From Octopus sinensis (Eukaryota), in contig NC_042999.1 in NCBI RefSeq assembly GCF_006345805.1, positions 111,848,001 to 111,912,000 on the forward strand: 64,000 nt of DNA. Reading direction: 5' to 3'. Every line of letters begins with the position of its first letter. Position 1 is the stretch's first letter. The position numbers and the translations under genes were made by a program. Of this stretch, positions 54,700 through 64,000 are shown one piece after another. The notes under the pieces are model-generated. The model made no database searches and had not been told where the DNA came from. It saw only the letters and a list, made by a program, of their open reading frames with translations.

Positions 54700-57350
54700 T
54701 TGATGATGATGATACTCATGATGATCATGATCATCCTCATCATCGTTGACATCGTTTAATGCCTGCTTTCCATACTGGCATGGGTTGGATGGTTTAACTG
54801 AGAACTCGCAAGCAGGTAGGATACACCAGGCTCCAATCTGATATGGCAAGGTTTCTACAGCTAGATGCCCTACTTAAACCATTCTGAGAGCATAGTGGAT
54901 GCATTTATGTGCCACCAGCATGGGTGCCAATCAGGCAGCACTGGCATTGGCCATGCTTCAATGGTGCTTTCTACATGCCACCGGCAGGGGTGCCAGTCAG
55001 GCAAGCACTGGCATCAGCCATAAGTGCAATTTCATTCGGTTCAACAGGCCTTCACAAGCACAGTATATTGCCCAACAACTGAAGGGCGCTTTTAAATGGG
55101 CCAGTTATGCGATACTAGCATCGACCACGACTACGATCTCACTTGGCTTGCTGGGTCTTCTCAAGCACAGCACATCTCTAAGGGTCAAGTCGCTTGTCAT
55201 TGCCTCAGTGAGGCCCAACATTCAAAGCTCATGCTTCACCACTGCATTCCATGTCTTACTGGGTTCGCCTCTTCCACAGGTTCCCTCCACTGTTAGGGTG
55301 TGACACATTTTCACATAGCTGTCCTCAGCCATAAGCATCACATGGCCATACCAAAACAGTAGTCTCTCTTGTACACCACATCTGATGCTGCTTATGTCCA
55401 ACTTTTCTTGCAGGGCACAATTACTCTGTCATGTATGCACACTGACATTACACATCCAGCAGAGCATACTAACTCCATTTCTTTCAAGCCTACGCATGTC
55501 CTCCGCAGTCACAGCCCATATTTCATTGCTACATAGCATGGCTGTTTGTACTCAGGTATCATACAGTCTACCTTTCACTCTGAGTGAGAAGCCTTTTGTT
55601 ACCAGCAGAGGTAGTAGCTCTCTGAGCTTTGCCCAGGCTGTTCTTATTCTAGCAGCTATGATCTCAGAGCATCCACCCCAGCTACTGATTTGGTCACCTA
55701 GGCAATGGAAGCTATGAACAACTTCTAGTTTTTTCCCCTGGCATGTGATGGAATCTGTTTTCTGTACATCTTCAATGTCTATTACCCCTGTGCATCTGCC
55801 ACACACAAAAACTATCTTCCCCGTTTACCTTCCTTTAATATTGTTGCACCTCTTATGTGTCCTTAGCTTACACTGGGTACAGCTTATGAAGTCTCTACTT
55901 ACACCTTTTCTACAGATCGATCAGAGCTATCTACCTGAAGGGATGTGTGATTTATCCCCCTTCTTACTGACTAAGACTTTGGTTTTTGCTAGGTTAACTC
56001 TAAGGCCCTTCAATTCTAGGCCTTGTTTCCACACCTGAAACTTCTCTAGTTCTGGTAGTGATTCAGCGCTTAGAGCAAGTATAGAGGAGCTCCCAGGGGC
56101 AGCTTGTCTTGAATTCCTCTATTATTGTCTGGAGCATTATGATGAACAAGAGGGGGCTGAGGACTGATCCTTGGTGAACCCCTACTTATACCCAGAATTC
56201 TTTGCTGTACTCATTGCCAACCCTGACCTTACTAAGAGCATCCCTGTACATCGCTTGTGCAGCTATCACCAACCATTCATCTATCCCTAGTTTCCACATT
56301 GACCACCAGATAGGAGATCGGGGTCCCTGTCAAAAGCTTTCTCTATATCAGCCAAAGCCAAGTACAGAGGTTTATCTTTGGCTAGGAATTTCTCCTGCAG
56401 CTGTCTTACCAGAAATATAGCATCAGTGGTGCTTCTCCCTGGCACAAACCCAAACTGCATCTCATTTAAACTAATTTTCATCCTAATTAGCTGGGTTATG
56501 ACCCTCTCTGTGACTTTCATCATCTGATCCAACAATTTGATACCTCTGTAATTATTTCTATCTAAGGCACCACCTTTACCTTTATTGCAGTTCACTATGG
56601 TACTGCTACACCAGTTGTTGGGTATGACTCCTTTGTTGGGTATGACTCCTGGTTGACTATATGGGTGACTAGACTGTAGCCTACATCACCAGATATTTTA
56701 AGCATCTCAGCAGTGATTTCTGATGGGCTAGGTGCTTTCCCTGTCTTCATACTCTTAATTGCTTTATCTACCAAGGTACTGTCAATTTCGATAGCTGGTC
56801 CCACTGTTGGGTCGACATTTGGCAGACTCTCTTTCTCCCATTCATTCTCTTCATTTAGCAACCTTTCATAGCATCTCCAAGTCTCTCTTTTTGCAGAATC
56901 ATTAAATGCAAGTGAGCCATCATCCATGCGGACACATTTCTCACCTATTACATTGAAATTTTCTCTCACATACTGTCTTGCAATTCAAAACACTTCAAGT
57001 TGCTGATCCTCGTGATGCTGAACATTGGGAAATATTTCCTTATCTGTTTTCCCTCTGGCTAACTAAACCTGTTTCCTAACTTCCCTTCTGACGATCTGAT
57101 ACAGTTCCTTGCTACCAAAACACTTCCAGTCCTTCCATGCCTGTTTCTTTTCCTTAATGGCTTTAACAACTACATCGTTCCACCACCATGTTGCATTAGG
57201 TCGAGAGGAAACTTTGCATCAGCCACAGATCTGGTCGGTAACCCTCAACAGGTTGTCCCGTAGGAACCTCCACTTGTCTCCCACATTATGTGATTTTATA
57301 TCCTCCTCTTTTTCATCAAAGGTTTCAAGCATTACGTCTCTAAATCTCTG
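54700..57350 (-). mobile_element. Decayed 5'-truncated RTE-clade LINE
   Basis: NYRGIKLLDQMMKVTERV...QFGFVPGRSTTDAIFLVRQLQEK...DIEKAFDR; KGFSLRVKGRLY; RGEPSKTW; 3'UTR with two units of the 62-bp repeat and a (GAT)n tail. Confidence 0.9.
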
Positions 57351-57575
57351 TAATAATGATGATGATGATCATCATCATCATGAAAATGATGATTGCTGTT
57401 GTTGTTGTTGTTGTTGTTGTGGCGGCGGCGGCGGTGGTGGTGGTGGTGGTGGTGGTGTGGTGGTGGTGGTGGCGACGGCAGCGGCGGCGGCGGCGGCAGT
57501 GGCAGTGGTGGCACTGGTATAATTGACGTTGGAGTTCATGAAACAGCAGTGATTATGGTAATGATGATGATGATA
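57345..57575. repeat. Compound trinucleotide microsatellite (GAT/TGT/GGC/GGT)
   Basis: Directly visible. Confidence 0.9.
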
Positions 57576-57800
57576 AACAGGCATATCACTGCAAAATACT
57601 TCACTTGAACACTTTCAACTAAACCATTCTATTCATTTTAACAATTTCTATTGATATCTATAAACAGTTTCTTTTTTTTCTTTTTAAATCTTTCACTCAC
57701 TTTGACAGGGTTTTTTTTCTCCCCTCTTTTTCTTTTCCTGAAGTTCTACATTTGCAGTTCTTTGAAATAATATCACCTTGAACACTTCCCATTTAAATTC

Positions 57801-57884
<84 letters not shown>

Positions 57885-59023
57885 GTATGTATATATGTAT
57901 ATATCTATGTATGTATGTATGTATACATATACACATATATACAAATGTGTGTATATATATATATATATAAATATATATACACACAAACACACACATATTT
58001 ATGCATACATACACACACTTACACACACATATATATACATAATTGTGGTGGGATGTGGGTGTTGGTAGGATATACATATGTTTATAAATGTTTATAAGTT
58101 TATGTTTGTATGATTGTGTGTTTGTGTGTTTGTATGTTTGTGTGTGTGTGTATTTGCTTTCAGCAAAATTGTTGAATTGGCAAGTTTAGTTAACATATTT
58201 AAATGATAAATGAATAGCAAGTAACACAGTAAGAAAATTACATCTATACAAACTCACACACTCACACATAGGCAAGTGTATATGTATGAATATTTATGCA
58301 TATGTATATGTATGTATGTGTGTCTATATATATATATTATATATATAAATACTCATATGTATATGTATGTAAATATATATATGCATTTATATATATATAT
58401 ATATATATATAGGTATATACACCCACACACACATGTATGTATGTAAGTATACACGTATACATACATATATAGAGATAGATATAGATAATATATACACATA
58501 GAAATATAGAGAAATATACATACACATACACATGTGCACATACACCCTCATAGACATACATCCACACATATACAGACACACACACACATATACGAACATA
58601 CATATATCAAGAGATCTGTTTTAAAATAATTTGTTTCCCTTCATCTGCAGATTATTATTTAAAAAATAAGGCTTGGGTTTAGTAATGAATAATAATTTAG
58701 AAATAGAGAGATAAATAAAAGGTTAAGATATCAATGTATATTTAAAAAAAGAAAACAAAACCTGGAATATACATATATATTTGTATGGGTGTAGTTATTT
58801 CATTTAACATTCTAAAAAAATATGCATTATTTCATAATTCTATCTGAAGAGGTAAAAGTGAGAAAAAAAGAAGAGGTTTGAAACTTTTAAAATAATGTTA
58901 ATAGAATTTTTAAAAAGATAATTTGTGTGTATGTGTGTTTATAAACACATGCATACACACATATACATACATACATATATACCAATATATGTCTATACAT
59001 ACACATATGCCCATACACACACA

Positions 59024-59081
<58 letters not shown>

Positions 59082-59100
59082 GAAGATATACTCACATGCT

Positions 59101-59131
<31 letters not shown>

Positions 59132-59141
59132 ATATATATAT

Positions 59142-59345
59142 ATAATGAGATGATTACTGCTTGATAAACTAGTTTCATAAACTGATGATAGTAATGTATC
59201 TGTGAGTTTATGGGCATTTATGTTTGTATGATATATATATATATATATATATATATCATACAAACATAAATGCCCATAAACTCACAGATACATTACTATC
59301 ATCAGTTTATGAAACTAGTTTATCAAGCAGTAATCATCTCATTAT
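59142..59345. repeat. Perfect 204-bp palindrome centred on (AT)13
   Basis: 59142-59230 is the exact reverse complement of 59257-59345; the centre 59231-59256 is self-complementary (AT)n. Confidence 0.95.
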
Positions 59346-60429
59346 TATGCTGTTATGAAGTTTTGACAATTTGTCATCAGGATATCAAAAGATTGAAGCA
59401 TTTCCATCAAAAAAAGCTTCTCACCATCTTAAGCATCAAATAGGAAGAAAACATAACCTGCAATGGGAAAAGAAATGTAATGCATAGAGTCAACTATGAT
59501 GAAACAAAAGTGATGGTTGTTGGGACATATGGTGAGAATGAAGGAAAAGAGATTCCCTCATTAAATCGTCTTGTTTTAACAATGAATCTTTCCAATTTTT
59601 TTGTTTTTGTGATACATCAATAGGATTATTGTGCTAATGGTTTAGTAGTTTATAGATAGACATTCTATATCTGCAGAGACAATCTTAGTGTTAGAAGTTC
59701 TCCCTATGGAGAGGACTGCAATGTTCATGTCCTTCCTCATTTCAAACAGCACTGGTATACTTTCAATAGTGGGGACTAGATAGCCAGGATTATTTACATC
59801 AATCTCATATCATTTTCTGATCATTATCTTAAGTTGTGTAACAGTTAAATGTAACAAGTAGTGGGTGGGGGTCACCAAATGTAATGGTATATATTGTAAA
59901 TGGTAGACTGTGGAAAGTTGAGATGTTAAAGAAATGACTAGCTGAGAGGTGGCATGGTAAAGATTTTATTTAACTGTTATGAAGTTTCACAACTGCGATG
60001 AATTCGAGATAGTTTTGATAGAAAATTTCATGTCACTACTTGTAGAAGACTATTACTTTGTTGTGTGGGAGGAGAAAGGTAAATCATCTTTACTGCATGA
60101 AACACCAGAAGGGGAAGAACAGAAAAAGAGAAGTTAACACTCTGAAAGTTGCAGAGAAAATAGAGCATTTATCAACAAATATCTCAATACATAACTATGC
60201 TAAAGTCAAACCAAATCATTTACAATGAAGAGAATGAGCTTATCTAGATACAACTTTGTATCACCTAGACTGGTGGCGAATTTGGCAGATTGAACAAACA
60301 AATTCTAAGGGCAAATTCTGGGAACAGAAAGAGACTAACATAAACATAGAGACTGGTTATGAATCCAGTCTCCATTTGTTACGGTTGTTCTTCAGCTGTT
60401 AGCATTAACAAAGATCCTTGAAAATTCTA

Positions 60430-60790
60430 GTTCAAAATCAGTTTCAACATTATTCAACAACTTCAACTCATTCCAAGCATCTGCAAAGTTAAAAAATGAA
60501 CATTTAATGTTGTAGGCGAATAGATTTTGAAGACTTTTGTTCCTTCCCCTTCTATCTTCTCTATCTTCTTAGTTCTACAATACGACTATTACTTCAAAAA
60601 CTTCTTATACAGCTTCTTGCAGATAACAACTATTTCCTGTTCTATTGGTTGAATAACAGAACATTTGTTAGGAAGCAAAATATAAAGATCATTTAATCTT
60701 CTGCCTCTACTACCTTGCCAGCATCAGTGTGAGCAAAGGCATTGTCAAGAAGCAACATCTTTACATGTGGAGAGGAAATTTTCTGACATT
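60430..60790 (-). mobile_element. pogo/Tigger-like transposase remnant
   Basis: MLLLDNAFAH...LLPNKCSVIQPIEQEIV resembles the pogo DDE motifs LLLDNAPxH...FLPPNTTSxIQPxDQGII; possible HTH remnant on the plus strand near 60110-60230. Confidence 0.6.
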
Positions 60791-61685
60791 TGTTTCAGAA
60801 CCAGTAACAATGGGGTTAGGGAGCCAGAAATAAATACATTCACACACATTATATTTAGTGACTTGGTACTGCTGTAATGCCACCAGCCATATAATTCTCA
60901 CTGTCCTGCTTAATTAATTGTGATGATGTCATCAATTCGACTAATGGTTTCATTATTATGAGTGGTTCAAAACGATCGTACATTCAACTTGTCACTGTTT
61001 TTTTTCTTCTTTTCCTTGATATCTTATTGGTCGTTGTTCGATTACAAATTAACATTTGGAGTAAAATATTTGAATCGTATTTTGAAACCTCTTTATTTAC
61101 CCAACCAACGATAAATAGAGATCGTGTCTGTCTATTAGAGAACCATACAATCACCCTCCATTTTCTCTCTCTATTTTTGTATATATTTCGCACACACATT
61201 CAAATGCATACAAACACTCTAATGAAAAAAAAAAAAACTTTTCTACATTGATTCAAGCATTTCTCTCCAAATTCTTTCCAACACACTTTTATCTTAACAA
61301 AAAATTTTACCCGACACACAATTTTTTACTTTTCTCTTTGGAATACTATTCGCCTGGACATTTTATCTCTGATGTTTCTTACCTGACACATTTAACTGTG
61401 TTCAGTCTTATTTACATCTATGGTCAGTTTTAGATAATATCACAACGAAACATTCACATACTAACGAAAATGTTTAAGATAAGGTTCCAGTTAGGCGGCG
61501 TTTTGGTTCTCTAATAGGGAAACTAAAATCTTCTATTTATTTACAGAAGAAAGAGGCTTTAGGATTTTAATCGAATATTTTGCACCGAAAGTTAGCCTGT
61601 GTTAAGAATGGTGAACCACGACAAATGAAAATTAAAAAAAAAACAACAGTGACAAGCTGAATGTACGGTCATGTTTTAGCTACTC

Positions 61686-62395
61686 TTTTTTCTACTATAG
61701 GCACAAAACCTGAAATTTTGAAGAAGAGGGCAAGTCGATTCATTCAGTGCTAAACTGATACTTATTTCATTGACACCGAGAGAATGAAAAGCAAAGTCGA
61801 CCTCGGTGGCTCACCGCTCATAATAACAGCAGTCCAACTGATGAAGTTATCACAATTACTTTTGGTACAAGGCAGCAATTTCGGGGGAGGGGGAAGTCGA
61901 TTACATCGATCTCAGTGCTTATTTATTTTATCGACCCTGAAAGGATGAAAGACAAAGTCGCCCTCGGTGGTAACAATTCTGCCAGCTCATTACCCAGCGC
62001 GAAAAGATTCGACCAGTTCGCCACCTCCTTTCTACGAAAAGCTCATGATCTGGATTTTGTGGAGAAGGGGTCAGTCGATCACATCAACCCCAGTATTCAA
62101 CTGGTACTTATATTATCGACCCCGAAAGCGTGAAAGGCAAAGTCGCCCTCGGGAGTAACGATTCTGCCAGCTCGGTGCGGTAACTATTAAACCAGTTATA
62201 ATAATAATAATGGTTTCAAATTTTGCCACAAGGGCAGCCATTTGGAGGGAGGGGATAAAAAGATTACATCGATTCCAGTATTTCACTGGTACTTAATTTA
62301 TCGACCCCGAAAGGATGAAAGACAAAATCGACCTCGGCAGAATTTGAACGCAGAACAAGAAGACAGACGAAATACCGATAAGCACTTGGCCTGAC
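61686..62395 (-). mobile_element. Array of four family-B SINE copies, three internally deleted
   Basis: Repeated atcgacc..gaaag.atgaaa..caaagtcg..ctcgg core. Confidence 0.85.
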
Positions 62396-62769
62396 GTTTG
62401 CCACCAGGGCGAAGGTTATATTTTGGGCTACGGCAAATTAACCTCGTTCTTAAAGATAAATTATCCATTATCTTCATAATTGGTCATACCTCCGATCGTC
62501 ATCAAATGTTTTATTCCTACCACACTAACAACTTCCTTTCAATACTGCTGGTATGTCTTGAGTCGATATTATAATTATTAATTACTAGATTAGTGTAAAC
62601 AATTAAGTGCAATGTAAGAAATTGACTCGACCAAAATAAAATATATTGAGTACGCGTTTTATCGACTGTCAACACTAAACGGATGTCTGTATATAATATA
62701 TAAGTGTATAATATATAAGTATGTATATACGCACACATATATGCATATATATAAATATATAATAAATAT

Positions 62770-62995
62770 TTTATTCTTTTATTTGTTTCAGTTATTTCAC
62801 TGTGATCATGCTGGAGCACCGCCTTTTAGTCGAAGAAATAGACCGCAGAACTTATTCTTTGTAAGCCTGGTATTTATCCCATCGGTCTCTTTTGCCTAAC
62901 CGCTATGCTACGGGGGCGCAAACACACCAACAACGTTTGTCAAGTGATGTAAGAGGAACAAACGCAGACACAGATACACATATACACATAAATAT
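62770..62995 (-). mobile_element. OK-type SINE 3' half
   Basis: ggcggtgctccagcatgatcacagtgaaataactgaaacaaat tail on the minus strand. Confidence 0.8.
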
Positions 62996-63003
62996 ATACA
63001 CAG

Positions 63004-63078
<75 letters not shown>

Positions 63079-63225
63079 GTGTATACATTTATGTGTATAT
63101 GTGTATTTGTGTCTGCGTTTGTTATATATATATATATATATTATATATATACATATATATATATATATATACATGCACACACATACATAAGTCTATATAT
63201 ATATACGTGTGTGTATGTATGTATG

Positions 63226-63259
<34 letters not shown>

Positions 63260-63628
63260 TGTATGTATGTATGTATATGTATGTATGTATTTAAACGTCT
63301 AGTTTTTATTTAATCAACCGTGAAAAGATGAAAGGCAAATTTATTCTCAGTTGGATTTAAATCTAAACATAAATGGACTTGATGAAATACCACAAATCAT
63401 TTACTCCACTATTTCACCATTTCTGCCATTCCATCAAATGTGTATTTCATTTCCTCTGGAGTAATTTAATTAAAGTTATTATATTCATGTATATCAGACA
63501 TTTAATTGCATTAGTAATGGACTAACTTATAAAGTTACACTTCAGATAAAATTTCAGCTACATTTCAGAGATTAGCAATAACACACACACACACACTCAT
63601 CACACATGTATCGCACACACACACACAT

Positions 63629-63691
<63 letters not shown>

Positions 63692-63866
63692 CATAGAGAG
63701 AGAGAGAGAGATCATACACACACACATATTTATATATGTATATAAATATATATACACGTACATACATGCATATAAATATGTATGTGTATATGTATGTGTG
63801 TATATATATACATATGTATGTCTGTACGTATGTATGCATGTATGTATGTATTTATGCATGTATGTA

Positions 63867-64000
63867 TGGGGTTGGCCAAAATGTCCGTTCAGTTTTTCTT
63901 AGCGAAAATAAGACACAGAGCGATCTATTCAATCGATGTTGTAATTACTGTTTAGTTCCAGTATTTACTACTATTCTGTGAACAGATCCATAATTCCTTG
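63867..64000 (-). mobile_element. Mariner right end running off the window
   Basis: TA + tggggttggccaaaatgtccgttc TIR; minus strand gives QGIMDLFTE...NSNYNID*, resembling a mariner C-terminus. Confidence 0.6.

Overview
AT-rich metazoan genomic DNA that is almost entirely transposon remnants and microsatellites. It is most likely from an octopus; this is inferred from the microsatellite density and from SINE families resembling the cephalopod OK/OR SINEs. No host protein-coding gene, rRNA, true tRNA or CRISPR array could be supported. Most six-frame ORFs are translated microsatellites. The only long genuine ORF is a CR1-clade LINE reverse transcriptase (38663-40009, minus strand), which extends upstream across one frameshift. 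Other elements are: decayed RTE and R4/Dong-type LINEs; at least three Penelope-like remnants, with hammerhead ribozyme motifs in short Penelope-type repeats; several Tc1/mariner elements (DD34D mariner, DD37D maT); MITEs; a non-autonomous Helitron; about 30 tRNA-derived SINE copies; and several palindromes and recent duplications. There is one 100-N gap. The best leads are (i) a 3' stem-loop shared by the CR1 LINE and the OK-type SINEs with compensatory base changes, (ii) a near-intact minimal hammerhead ribozyme plus variant copies, (iii) a hairpin-rich 62-bp tandem array in an RTE 3'UTR lying tail-to-tail with the CR1 RT, and (iv) a triplicated SINE-head/LINE-tail chimera. All coordinates and alignments were read by eye, so element boundaries are approximate.
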